A DNA stretch of 32,000 nucleotides from Nitrosomonas europaea. GTDB taxonomy: Bacteria; Pseudomonadota; Gammaproteobacteria; Burkholderiales; Nitrosomonadaceae. The stretch is from contig NZ_FUWK01000009.1 of NCBI RefSeq assembly GCF_900167395.1, forward strand, positions 30,001 through 62,000. The letters are read 5' to 3'. The notes under the pieces were generated by a model, which searched no databases, was not told where the DNA came from, and saw only the letters and a program-made list of their open reading frames with translations. Position 1 is the first letter of the stretch; each line of letters begins with the position of its first letter. The position numbers and the translations under genes are program-made. Below, piece after piece: positions 8,722 through 18,329 of the stretch.

Positions 8722-11700
8722 TGATGATTACTTCTCTGGTACGCGCCATGCTGGCGCAGCGGCTGGTGATAGTCGTGCTGACGCTGATTCTGATGGGGTT
8801 TGGTCTGCATGCAGCACAACGCTTGTCAGTCGATGCGTTTCCGGATGTCACCAATATTCAGGTGCAGATTGCGACTGAGGCAGTCGGTCGCAGTCCGGAA
8901 GAGATAGAACGGCTGGTGACGGTTCCACTGGAAATTGCCATGACCGGATTGCCCGGACTGGAGGAAATGCGTTCACTGAACAAGAGCGGTTTATCCATCA
9001 TTACCCTGGTTTTTACCGATGAAACCGATGTTTATTTTGCCCGGCAACTGGTCATGGAGCGGCTGCTGGAAGCAGCCAGTAAAATGCCACCGGGAATTAT
9101 CCCGCGCCTGGGTCCGGTTTCTACGGGCCTGGGAGAGGTTTATCAATACACGATCGATCATCCCAATGATGGTGAGCGGGCACTGACCGTCGAAGAACTG
9201 ACCGAACGGCGCATCGTGCAGGACTGGATTGTCCGGCCAATGTTGCGATCCATTCCCGGAGTGGCGGAAATCAATTCGCAGGGAGGGTATGTCAAGCAAT
9301 ATCATGTGCTGACGGATCCCAACAAACTGCGTCACTACGATCTGACACTGAACCAGGTAGAGAAGGCCGTTGCAGAAAATAATGCCAATGCCAGCGGCGG
9401 TATCCTGCCGACCGGCAGTGAACAGTATCTCGTTCGAGGGGTTGGCCTGATTCGCACCCTGCAGGATATTGGCAATATCGTCCTGTCGGAAGAGCGCGGT
9501 GTGCCTGTATTCGTGCGTGACATCGCTGAAGTGAAACTGGGCACGGAGGTCAGGGCAGGGGCCGTCATCAAGGGTGGGTATACCGAATCGGCTTCCGGCA
9601 TCGTGCTGATGGTCAGAGGCGGGAACGCCAAGGAAATCGTGGAGCGCGTCAAGGTAAAGGTGGCGGAGATCAATGAGCAGAAACTGCTGCCCGGCGGATT
9701 ACAGATCGTTCCGTATTATGACCGTACCGACCTGGTCGATGCCGCATTGTGGACGGTCAGCAAGGTACTGATGGAAGGTATTTTTCTGGTCATCGTCGTG
9801 TTGTTCATCTTTCTGGGGGATGTGCGCTCGAGCCTGATCGTGGTGGCAACACTGGTAGTTACGCCCTTACTGACATTCATGATAATGAATCACCAGGGTA
9901 TCTCCGCCAATCTGATGTCACTGGGCGGGCTTGCGATCGCGATCGGGCTGATGGTCGATTCCACCGTGGTGGTGGTGGAAAATGTCTTTCATCGCCTGGG
10001 CCATAGTGGCAACACGCAGGAATCACGTGCGCGTACCATTATTGAGGCGGTGGGTGAGGTCGGTACACCGGTGATTTTTGGGATTTGCATCATCATTCTG
10101 GTGTTTCTGCCACTGATGACGTTACAGGGTATGGAGGGCAAGTTGTTCAGTCCGCTGGCCTTTACGATTGCGATTGCTTTGGCGATTTCCCTGATCGTCT
10201 CGCTGACTTTGTCCCCGGTATTGTGTGCCTATATCCTGAAAGGGGGGGCCGATCACGATACGACGATCATTGCCAAACTGAAAGCGGCTTACCATTCCTT
10301 GCTCAACACTGCACTCAAGCGGGGAAAACTGACAGTTACCACTGCGCTGGGATTATTGCTGCTGTCTTTTGTGTTGTTTCCATTTCTGGGGAAATCGTTT
10401 ATTCCAACTTTGAAAGAAGGTGCATTGACTCCCCAGATCAACCGGGTAGCCTCGATTTCCCTGTCCGAAGCCATTGAAATGGAAATGGAAGCCATGAAGG
10501 CCGTATCGAAGGTGCCAGGGGTGAAAAGTGTGGTATCCAAACTGGGGCGCGGTGAATCTCCTGCTGACCCGGCCGGGCAGAATGAATCCGATCCGATCGT
10601 GATACTCGATCCGGAGTCCGGTCGTACCCAGGATGAAGTGGATGAAGATATCCGCAAATTGCTGGAGGTGCTGCCAGGCGTCAATATCGTTTTGTCACAA
10701 CCGATTGCCGAAAGAGTGGATGAGATGGTGACTGGTGTACGCTCTGAAATTGCAGTAAAAATTTTCGGGGACGATCTGAATAAATTGCGTGAGCTGTCGG
10801 AACAGATCGCACGCATTTTACGCAGCATTCCGGGTGCACAGGATATTCGTATAGAACGTCTGTCCGGCCAGCAATCCCTCACCATCGATGTTGATCGTAA
10901 TGCCATTGCGCGTAACGGTATCAATGTCGCTGATGTGCATGAACTGATCGAGACTGCTGTCGGCGGTCGTGAAGTCAGTACTTTGTACGAAGGTGAGCGG
11001 CGTTTTTCCATCGTGGCACGTTTTCCACAACATTTTCGTGACAGTATCGAAAGCATTCGCAATTTGCTGCTGCGGGCCCCGGATGGCGTAACCGTGCCCT
11101 TATATACTGTTGCTAACATTAACATCGTCGATGGTCCCGCCCAGGTTTCACGTGAAAATGCCAAGCGTCGCGTAGTAGTCGGATCGAATGTCGAAGGCCG
11201 TGATCTGGGCGGGTTTGTAGCAGAGGTACAGGAGCGGATTGCCAAAGAAGTGAAACTGCCTGACGGTTATTTCTTCGAGTGGGGGGGGCAGTTCGAGAAT
11301 ATGGAGCGTGCTATGGCTACGCTTTCGATCATTGTCCCGATAACGATTTTTGCGATTTTCTTTTTACTGTTCATGTTGTTCAATTCCCTCAGATTGGCTG
11401 CTTTGATCATTCTGGTGCTGCCATTTGCATCGATAGGGGGTGTATTTGGCCTGTTTGTCACCGGTGAATATCTATCGGTGCCTGCCTCGGTTGGTTTTAT
11501 CGCATTGTGGGGAATTGCGGTATTGAACGGAGTGGTGCTGATTTCCTATATTCGCAAATTGCGTGATGAGGGGGTCAGCGTGAAGGATGCCGTCATTAAA
11601 GGATGCGAGCAGCGCTTCCGCCCGGTCTTGATGACCGCTACGGTAGCCATGCTCGGGCTGGTTCCGTTTCTGTTCGCGACCGGCCCGGGCTCAGAAGTGC

Positions 11701-11825
11701 AGCGGCCGCTTGCCATCGTGGTCATCGGCGGGTTGATCACCTCTACGTTGCTGACACTGGTAGTGTTGCCTGTGCTGTATCGCCGGTTTGATCAACCTCC
11801 GGTCACACAGCAGCAAATCCTCTGA
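8721..11825 (+). CDS. czcA: CusA/CzcA-family heavy-metal-efflux RND permease (1034 aa)
   Basis: 1034-aa, 12-TM RND protein. The N-terminus (VDAFPDVTNIQVQIATEAVGRSPEEIERLVTVPLEIAMTGLPGLEEMRSL...DVYFARQLVMERL) closely parallels C. metallidurans CzcA. The TMH IV motif is AIAIGLMVDSTVVVVEN (see findings). The substrate is not established. Confidence 0.92.
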   Translation: MMITSLVRAMLAQRLVIVVLTLILMGFGLHAAQRLSVDAFPDVTNIQVQIATEAVGRSPEEIERLVTVPLEIAMTGLPGLEEMRSLNKSGLSIITLVFTDETDVYFARQLVMERLLEAASKMPPGIIPRLGPVSTGLGEVYQYTIDHPNDGERALTVEELTERRIVQDWIVRPMLRSIPGVAEINSQGGYVKQYHVLTDPNKLRHYDLTLNQVEKAVAENNANASGGILPTGSEQYLVRGVGLIRTLQDIGNIVLSEERGVPVFVRDIAEVKLGTEVRAGAVIKGGYTESASGIVLMVRGGNAKEIVERVKVKVAEINEQKLLPGGLQIVPYYDRTDLVDAALWTVSKVLMEGIFLVIVVLFIFLGDVRSSLIVVATLVVTPLLTFMIMNHQGISANLMSLGGLAIAIGLMVDSTVVVVENVFHRLGHSGNTQESRARTIIEAVGEVGTPVIFGICIIILVFLPLMTLQGMEGKLFSPLAFTIAIALAISLIVSLTLSPVLCAYILKGGADHDTTIIAKLKAAYHSLLNTALKRGKLTVTTALGLLLLSFVLFPFLGKSFIPTLKEGALTPQINRVASISLSEAIEMEMEAMKAVSKVPGVKSVVSKLGRGESPADPAGQNESDPIVILDPESGRTQDEVDEDIRKLLEVLPGVNIVLSQPIAERVDEMVTGVRSEIAVKIFGDDLNKLRELSEQIARILRSIPGAQDIRIERLSGQQSLTIDVDRNAIARNGINVADVHELIETAVGGREVSTLYEGERRFSIVARFPQHFRDSIESIRNLLLRAPDGVTVPLYTVANINIVDGPAQVSRENAKRRVVVGSNVEGRDLGGFVAEVQERIAKEVKLPDGYFFEWGGQFENMERAMATLSIIVPITIFAIFFLLFMLFNSLRLAALIILVLPFASIGGVFGLFVTGEYLSVPASVGFIALWGIAVLNGVVLISYIRKLRDEGVSVKDAVIKGCEQRFRPVLMTATVAMLGLVPFLFATGPGSEVQRPLAIVVIGGLITSTLLTLVVLPVLYRRFDQPPVTQQQIL

Positions 11826-11865
11826 TCGAGATCTTGAACAGGTCCTGAAAGGTGATCCTCAGCCG

Positions 11866-13743
11866 TTAACAGGTTTCGTCATGGCTGCCAGAGCTATGGT
11901 CGAGATGACCCAGAAAACCACCAGACTGATGGTTCCAGAGCCTGGCATAAAGCCCGTTGAGTGACAGCAGCTCGGCGTGGCGCCCCTGCTCGACGATGTG
12001 CCCGTTATCCAGCACGATCAGCCGATCCATGGCCGCAATGGTAGAGAGACGGTGGGCAATGGCGATCACGGTTTTGTTTTGCATCAGCTCATGCAGGCTT
12101 TGCTGGATACTGGCTTCTATATCAGAATCCAGCGCAGACGTTGCCTCATCCAGAACCAGAATAGGTGCATTTTTGAGCAGTACCCGGGCAATGGCGATAC
12201 GCTGGCGTTGCCCGCCTGACAGATTGACTCCGCGTTCTCCCACCATGGCGTCGTACCCTCTGCGGCCGTAACTGTCTACCAGTTCCTGGATGAATTCATG
12301 CGCATGGGCCCGCTGTGCGGCCAGGATGACTTCTTCTTTGGTGGCATCGGGTCTGCCAAACAGGATATTTTCACGGATGGAACGGTGCAGCAATGAGGTA
12401 TCCTGAGTAACGATGGCGATGTTGGCACGCAGGCTCTCCTGCGTTACCGTACGAATATCCTGCTGATCGATCTGGATACTGCCCTGCCGGATATCATAAA
12501 AACGCAGCAAAAGGTTGATCAGAGTCGATTTTCCGGCACCGGAGGGACCGACAATCCCTACCTTTTCGCCAGAGCTGATATGGAGATCGAGTGCTTTGAA
12601 AATCCGGTGATCCTCGTTTTTAATATCGTTATGGTAGGAAAATTCGACCTGGTTATAATCGATTTGTCCCTTCGTGACGAATAGCGGTATGGCATCGGGG
12701 GTATCTGTTACTGCATATGGTTTGGCCAGCATGTTCATGCCATCCTGCACGATGCCGATGTTCTCGAATAATTCTCCGACTTCCAGCATGATCCAGTGAG
12801 ACATCCCGGTCAGGCGGATGGCAAGACTTAGTGCAATGGCAATTGCTCCTGTGCTGATACTTGTATCGAGCCACAACAGGATACCAAGTGTGCCGATCGC
12901 AAAAACGGACAGCATGTTATTGATCCAGACACAGGTATTCAGCTGCGTCACCAGACGCATTTGCGGGTGGACGGTATCCAGAAATTCCTGCATACCGTCC
13001 CGGGCATAGTCGGATTCCCGCCGGGTGTGGGAGAAGAGCTTGAGGGTGAGAATGTTGGCATAGCTGTCCACGATGCGCCCAGTCATGTTTGAACGGCTAT
13101 CTGCCTGAATCCGGGAGATGTGCCGGAGTTTGGGTATGAAGTAGCGCAGAATACACAAGTACACTGCCAGCCAGATGATCAGCGGAATACAAAGGCGCAG
13201 ATCTGCATTGGCAATCAGCAGTAATGCAGTTGCCAGATAGACGGTAACAAACAGCAGAACATCGAGCGTTTTGATGATCGTTTCACGTACAGCCAGTGCC
13301 GTTTGCATGACTTTGGTCGCGATACGTCCGCTGAATTCGTTCTGAAAGAAGGCATAACTCTGGTCAAGCAGGTAGCAATGAGATAGCCAGCGAACGACCA
13401 TGGGAAAATTTCCCATCAGGGACTGGTACAGAATGACTGAATGGAAGAAAACGATCACTGGCATCGCTATCAGGATGAAAAGTGACAATCCCAGCAAGGT
13501 TAATCTTTCTTCCTGTAAAAACGCTTGTGGATCTTTCTCAGCCAGCCAGTCTATGATGGTTCCCAGTACACCGAACAGCATGGCTTCACCGACGGCAACA
13601 CAAAAGGTGGCGATCGCCAGCAAAATGAAATAAATCTCTGCACCTTTCATGTAATGGCGGCAGAACCGGTAGAGCGTAGCAGGAGGTTCGGTCAGTTTGC
13701 CGGATGGAAAGGGGTTGATCAGGCGTTCGAAATAACGGAGCAT
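11866..13743 (-). CDS. ABC transporter, fused permease/ATP-binding exporter (625 aa)
   Basis: N-terminal 6-TM domain followed by an NBD with Walker A (GPSGAGKST), the ABC signature (LSGGQRQR) and Walker B (ILVLDEATS). Convergent with czcA. Confidence 0.9.
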   Translation of the reverse strand: MLRYFERLINPFPSGKLTEPPATLYRFCRHYMKGAEIYFILLAIATFCVAVGEAMLFGVLGTIIDWLAEKDPQAFLQEERLTLLGLSLFILIAMPVIVFFHSVILYQSLMGNFPMVVRWLSHCYLLDQSYAFFQNEFSGRIATKVMQTALAVRETIIKTLDVLLFVTVYLATALLLIANADLRLCIPLIIWLAVYLCILRYFIPKLRHISRIQADSRSNMTGRIVDSYANILTLKLFSHTRRESDYARDGMQEFLDTVHPQMRLVTQLNTCVWINNMLSVFAIGTLGILLWLDTSISTGAIAIALSLAIRLTGMSHWIMLEVGELFENIGIVQDGMNMLAKPYAVTDTPDAIPLFVTKGQIDYNQVEFSYHNDIKNEDHRIFKALDLHISSGEKVGIVGPSGAGKSTLINLLLRFYDIRQGSIQIDQQDIRTVTQESLRANIAIVTQDTSLLHRSIRENILFGRPDATKEEVILAAQRAHAHEFIQELVDSYGRRGYDAMVGERGVNLSGGQRQRIAIARVLLKNAPILVLDEATSALDSDIEASIQQSLHELMQNKTVIAIAHRLSTIAAMDRLIVLDNGHIVEQGRHAELLSLNGLYARLWNHQSGGFLGHLDHSSGSHDETC

Positions 13744-13974
13744 AAAATCGTGTTTCAGAAAAAACAGGTGGTGAGAAATATCAGATGAACCACATTATGG
13801 TTGCGGTGTAAATATTGATATCCATCAGAATTCACAAGGATACCGGATTTTGTCAGGTAACTGATTCTGGAAATCCGGCAGATAACCGGGTGGATATTTT
13901 CGTTTCGGCCACGGCGACTGGTCTGATCGACCAGCAATGACCGATATGGATGAAGTGTTTCCCGGCACTGCGGG

Positions 13975-16026
13975 CTACGGGGGAGAGACTAACGGCAGCA
14001 TGACTGTAAAAATCGTTCCTTTCGATACTTCGCTGGATACATGCAATTTCCCACCGATTTCCTCGACATATTCCCTGCTTTCGAAAACACCGATACCCAT
14101 CCCTGCTGTTTTGGTCGATTCGAAAGGAGTGAACAGTTTCTCGCGGATGAATTGCTCACTCATACCATGTCCGCTATCTTCGATTTCGATGACTGCCCAT
14201 CCGGGCTGCTGCTTGAGCCGCACCTCGACATACCCATCTTTGGGAGTCGCCTCGATTGCATTCTGTACCAGATGGCCAAGGACGCGTTCCAGACGTGACA
14301 GATCAGCCAGTACATTCAGTTCTGTGTCGAGGATGTCAAGTACCGGCTGAGGTTCATAAAAGGATTTGCTGGCAATGATCCGTTGCAGCAGCTCATTCAG
14401 AGACAGGGCATTCTTTTCTTCACGTATGTTTTCACTGCTGAGTTTTTCAAGCATGCGTTTCATTTTATTGACGGATAACGCTACGGTGTCCAGCATATCC
14501 TGCTGAAATTCCGGGTTATCCTTATGCTTTTCTGCATTGGTAAGTAACAGCGAAAGCTGAGCGATCAGATTTTTGATGTCATGTACGATGAATGTGGACA
14601 TGCGATTGAAGGATTCAAATTGCCGGGCCGTGGATAATGCCTGGGCTGCCTCGTACTGCGCCAGATAACTGGCTGCCTGTCTTCCTGCTACTTTCAGTAA
14701 ATCCCTGACTTCCCAGTTGAACTCGACTGCGCTGCGCGGTTCGGTCAGCACTACGAATCCCAGCAGTTCTCCGTGTAATATCAGTGGTACCACCCAGCGT
14801 GCCTTGGGAATGGTGGGCAGCCAGTCGGGTAATATCATGGCCGCGTATTTCTGTGATTCGGAATCATGCTGGTATAAATCGATTACCCAGGAGCTTTCCT
14901 GCATGAACTGGCAAAAATAGCTATCTATTGCCACGGAAGCGTCGATATGTGGAATATTCCAGCGGGCAATCGGCAGATAGGCATGGTGTTGTTCCGATTT
15001 GAACCATACTCCTCCGGCCGGACTTTCGACGAGCTGTGCGAGTGACTTGATCACCCGAACCCTCAATTCTGTTTCTTCCTCGGACAGAGTGCGTGTAAAG
15101 CGCAGCCACTCCTCACGATAGTCATAGTTGTAACTGAAGAAATGTTTACTGATGAACACCTTGAGCCAGGAACGCGTCGTCCCGGAGAACAGTACGACGA
15201 TCAGCAGAATAATCGCCCCGAACAGGAAAGTGAGCTGGAATATCGTCCCCCAGGTGCCTCCCGAGAATCGGAGGTAATAGCCTGCTGCGGCCATCAGTAA
15301 CAGGTAAACTGCCGCGCCGAACAATGCGGAAGAGTAAAACAGGATGCGCCTCGAAACCGCAATACCTACCGTCCATTTCGGATTGCGCGCGGCTGAGAGG
15401 GCAATCAGCGGAACGATGAGTGTATTGACCCATCCCCGGGCAACCCAGATATCGGCACTGATTTTTCTGAACAAGAGTGCATCGCTGTACAGATAAAAAT
15501 CGTAGACAAACAGGCCGCCGATACCCAGGCAGATGAATTTGGTTCCCCAGCGCTGTTCACGGGGAGTGTTCCGGTAGTACTGTTCCACCAGGATCATCCC
15601 GATGATGGCCATTGCCACCCATATAAGAAAATCCCGGGAAGCACCCGGCTGATCCGGATCGATACCGGTGGTCTGACCAAAAACGACTATCTGAGCCAGG
15701 CAAATCAGGTAGAACAGAGCGATGGCAGCGACTGCCGGTCTGATTTTAGGTGATGTGTTATCTGTCTTTCCCGGCTGGAAGGGCCCCAGCAAGGTGATCA
15801 GGAAGATGGTCAGGGTAGCGTTGCGCAGCAGTTCCAGTACCTGGATCAACAGAGGATAGGCGTAATCCAGATAGGACAGCCCTGCGATCGTTGCCGCCCA
15901 TATCGAGGAGGAAAGACAGGCTGCTGCCAGTAATAAACCATAAAGACGTCCCCGCCAGCTGGTAATGAGCAGAATGGATAAAAAGAAAAAGGCTGCTGCT
16001 GCTGCTGCGTAGCTCAGGGTTGTCAT
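13975..16026 (-). CDS. prsK: PEP-CTERM/XrtA-system sensor histidine kinase PrsK (about 683 aa from the ATG at 16026)
   Basis: Large polytopic N-terminal domain (MTTLSYAAAAAAFFFLSILLITSW...), a GAF-like middle region, a HisKA H-box (FIVHDIKNLIAQLSLLL) and an HATPase_c domain (DSGHGM...GMGIGVFESREY). This architecture is typical of TIGR02916. The longest ORF starts at a TTG at 16098, which would overlap the upstream gene by 35 nt; the ATG at 16026 is preferred. Confidence 0.85.
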   Translation of the reverse strand: MTTLSYAAAAAAFFFLSILLITSWRGRLYGLLLAAACLSSSIWAATIAGLSYLDYAYPLLIQVLELLRNATLTIFLITLLGPFQPGKTDNTSPKIRPAVAAIALFYLICLAQIVVFGQTTGIDPDQPGASRDFLIWVAMAIIGMILVEQYYRNTPREQRWGTKFICLGIGGLFVYDFYLYSDALLFRKISADIWVARGWVNTLIVPLIALSAARNPKWTVGIAVSRRILFYSSALFGAAVYLLLMAAAGYYLRFSGGTWGTIFQLTFLFGAIILLIVVLFSGTTRSWLKVFISKHFFSYNYDYREEWLRFTRTLSEEETELRVRVIKSLAQLVESPAGGVWFKSEQHHAYLPIARWNIPHIDASVAIDSYFCQFMQESSWVIDLYQHDSESQKYAAMILPDWLPTIPKARWVVPLILHGELLGFVVLTEPRSAVEFNWEVRDLLKVAGRQAASYLAQYEAAQALSTARQFESFNRMSTFIVHDIKNLIAQLSLLLTNAEKHKDNPEFQQDMLDTVALSVNKMKRMLEKLSSENIREEKNALSLNELLQRIIASKSFYEPQPVLDILDTELNVLADLSRLERVLGHLVQNAIEATPKDGYVEVRLKQQPGWAVIEIEDSGHGMSEQFIREKLFTPFESTKTAGMGIGVFESREYVEEIGGKLHVSSEVSKGTIFTVMLPLVSPP

Positions 16027-16063
16027 GGTGGTCAGCACGGGGGGAGGTCGTGACTGCCAAAAT

Positions 16064-17353
16064 TCATCGGCTGCCTTTGCGCAACAGGACGACGCCAACA
16101 GTGTCGATCAGAATGACGAAATCGAGAAACAGGCTGTGGTTTTTGACGTAATACAGATCGTACTGGAGCTTCTCGATGGCATCCTCAATCGATGCTCCAT
16201 AGGGATAGCGTACCTGGGCCCAGCCGGTAATACCCGGCTTGATACTGTGCCGCATGTTGTAATAGGGAACCTGTGCACTCAGCATGTCAACGAAATGAGG
16301 CCGTTCGGGCCGCGGACCGACGAAACTCATTTCACCCTTGAGCACATTGATGATCTGCGGTAGTTCGTCGATTCTCAGTTTGCGGATGATTCGCCCCACC
16401 CGCGTCGAACGGGGGTCGTCCGTAGTGGCCCATTGTGGTTTTCCGGCTTTTTCCGCATCGTTGAACATGCTGCGGAATTTGATGACCATGTAAGTTTTTC
16501 CCGCATCCCCCACTCTTTCCTGACGATAAAATACCGGCCACCCGTCTTCGATCACTATCAGCAGTGCAGTCAGTAACATAATGGGTAATGTAACGATCAG
16601 CAGCAACAGGCTGGTGATGATATCGAACATGCGTTTGACCACGGTTCTCAAAGTTCCCTGGTTGAAGCCGCTGCCAAACACCAGCCAGCTGGGATAGAGT
16701 GAATCCATTCGCAAGTGGCCGCACTCTCTCTCAAAGAAACCAACCAGATCAGTGACTTTTATACCGCTTATTCTGCATTCCAGCAGCTCCTGAATGGGAA
16801 AAGTGCCTCCTCGTCTTTCCTGCGTTGCGACGATGACTTCACTGGCATCATATTGATCGACCAGAGAGGCCAGTGAACCGGCTTTCGGGATGATCATTTC
16901 CGCTGGAACATGACGGCTTTCTTTATCGAATGGTACAAATCCAACAATTTTTAAATTAGGCAGAATGGAAGTCTTGTCAATGAGATCGAGCAATTCTCTG
17001 GCATTTACCCCGGCACCCAGTACGAGCGCACGGGGGCGTAAACTGTCGAGCCCGGACCACCTGAAAAAAAGCAGTCGGATGATCAATATCAGCAACAAGG
17101 CCAGCAGCATTACGATGGCCAGTAGTCCACGACCGAAGTAAAGATCCGGAAACAGATAAAAAATAAGAGTGATGAAACCAAAACCCAGCGCAAGGGAAGG
17201 GAGCAGTCTGAGCAGAATCCCTTCGAAATCCTGCCGGCCGTCCAATTGGTACATACCCAGCGCAGCCATGCTGGCGAGGATTACGAAAGTAAAAGTGACC
17301 GCTCCAGGTAATTGTGAGATCAGTGATCCCGATACCGGGACATCCCATTGCAT
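16064..17353 (-). CDS. EPS priming sugar transferase (bacterial sugar transferase family, PEP-CTERM-locus type, TIGR03013-like); N-terminal about 28 codons lie in another frame (up to 17460)
   Basis: The C-terminal domain carries the Bac_transf signature ([43 protein letters not shown]...KFRSM...[24 protein letters not shown]). It has N-terminal TM helices and a central Rossmann-like region. The family-typical N-terminus ((M)IRVSNHYISGFSVLLASIEAAALLAVF) is encoded in a different frame from a TTG at 17460. The two frames meet at a T7 run (17375-17381). Confidence 0.85.
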   Translation of the reverse strand: MQWDVPVSGSLISQLPGAVTFTFVILASMAALGMYQLDGRQDFEGILLRLLPSLALGFGFITLIFYLFPDLYFGRGLLAIVMLLALLLILIIRLLFFRWSGLDSLRPRALVLGAGVNARELLDLIDKTSILPNLKIVGFVPFDKESRHVPAEMIIPKAGSLASLVDQYDASEVIVATQERRGGTFPIQELLECRISGIKVTDLVGFFERECGHLRMDSLYPSWLVFGSGFNQGTLRTVVKRMFDIITSLLLLIVTLPIMLLTALLIVIEDGWPVFYRQERVGDAGKTYMVIKFRSMFNDAEKAGKPQWATTDDPRSTRVGRIIRKLRIDELPQIINVLKGEMSFVGPRPERPHFVDMLSAQVPYYNMRHSIKPGITGWAQVRYPYGASIEDAIEKLQYDLYYVKNHSLFLDFVILIDTVGVVLLRKGSR

Positions 17354-17374
17354 GAATCGAATGGCCGCACCGGC

Positions 17375-17381
17375 AAAAAAA
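17375..17381. repeat. A7 (plus strand) / T7 (coding strand) homopolymer where the sugar-transferase reading frame breaks
   Basis: Counted directly: cggcAAAAAAAccgc. Both frames are open across the run. One extra T on the coding strand would fuse them. Confidence 0.9.
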
Positions 17382-17549
17382 CCGCAAGCAATGCAGCAGC
17401 CTCGATGCTGGCGAGCAATACGGAAAATCCGGAAATGTAATGATTAGATACCCGAATCAAAGCATACCCCAGCCAGAATGACGTATAAATAAACGGATCG
17501 GTAAAAAACGGTAAGATCGATGGCGAGCCATCTCACTGTCATAAAACGA

Positions 17550-18329
17550 TCAGAAGCCACCTTGTTTGAGCAGATCAATAACGTAGTTAGCCGGGATGGC
17601 ATAGCTGATCCCGCTTGGATCGCTCAGTATAGACTCCTTTTTGCCTTTTATGAAAACCATATTCACCACCCCGTAAACCTCTCCGGTATCCGGGTCATAC
17701 AATGGGCTTCCGCTGTTGCCCGGATAAGCCGTACCATCGAGCTGAAATATTTTGTAAGCCGATTTTTGCAGTTGTCGAATTTTTGCCGCATCGAGCTGCC
17801 TGGCATTTTGTGCAGGCAGGATGACAGGCGTGATTGAAGAAATGGTAGCTCGATGGGTCACCGGGTAGAAGCCGAGTACCATTCCGATGGGAAAGCCGGT
17901 AAATGCCAGCAATTTTCCTTCTTTTATCGTGCCGGCATCCCCCAGTTTCATTGCAGGTAATGCTGTTCCCTCGAAACGCAAGAGAGCAAGATCATGTTCT
18001 TTATCCAGAGCAATGATCGTGGCATTTCTCAGCTCAGGTTTTTCACCCTTTCCGGTCATGATGATCAATGAGCCTTTGCTGGTATTGCTGGATAAATCAG
18101 AAATCACATGGGCATTGGTTATGGCATGTAAACCATCTTCGACCACGAAGCCGGTACCAAGAAAATTGACAGGGGGAGAATGTAATTTCTGGAAAGAGCC
18201 TATTCCAACAATTGCCGGTTTGATTCGCTCCACTGTTTTTACGAGATCTGCCTGACAGAATGGAGAATAGAGCAGTACCAGACACACGATAAACAATCGC
18301 AGAACGGGAAATGCAGCCGGGTTGAACAT
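17550..18329 (-). CDS. secreted trypsin-like serine protease (S1 family, no PDZ domain; 259 aa)
   Basis: Catalytic triad motifs are present: ITNAHVI (His), EHDLALLRF (Asp) and GNSGSPLY (Ser). The ATG at 18329 gives a signal peptide (MFNPAAFPVLRLFIVCLVLLYSPFCQA). The longer track ORF (to 18497) would overlap tRNA-Val. Confidence 0.85.
   Translation of the reverse strand: MFNPAAFPVLRLFIVCLVLLYSPFCQADLVKTVERIKPAIVGIGSFQKLHSPPVNFLGTGFVVEDGLHAITNAHVISDLSSNTSKGSLIIMTGKGEKPELRNATIIALDKEHDLALLRFEGTALPAMKLGDAGTIKEGKLLAFTGFPIGMVLGFYPVTHRATISSITPVILPAQNARQLDAAKIRQLQKSAYKIFQLDGTAYPGNSGSPLYDPDTGEVYGVVNMVFIKGKKESILSDPSGISYAIPANYVIDLLKQGGF

Noticed and set aside
10289-11245. 318-aa minus-strand ORF inside czcA
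   Set aside because: It is antisense to a strongly conserved RND permease. Its sequence is Ser/Thr/Arg-rich and low in complexity.
15992-16008. (GCT)5-6 trinucleotide run in the prsK 5' region, encoding AAAAAA
   Set aside because: It is in frame, short, and lies inside a hydrophobic TM segment where poly-Ala is unremarkable.
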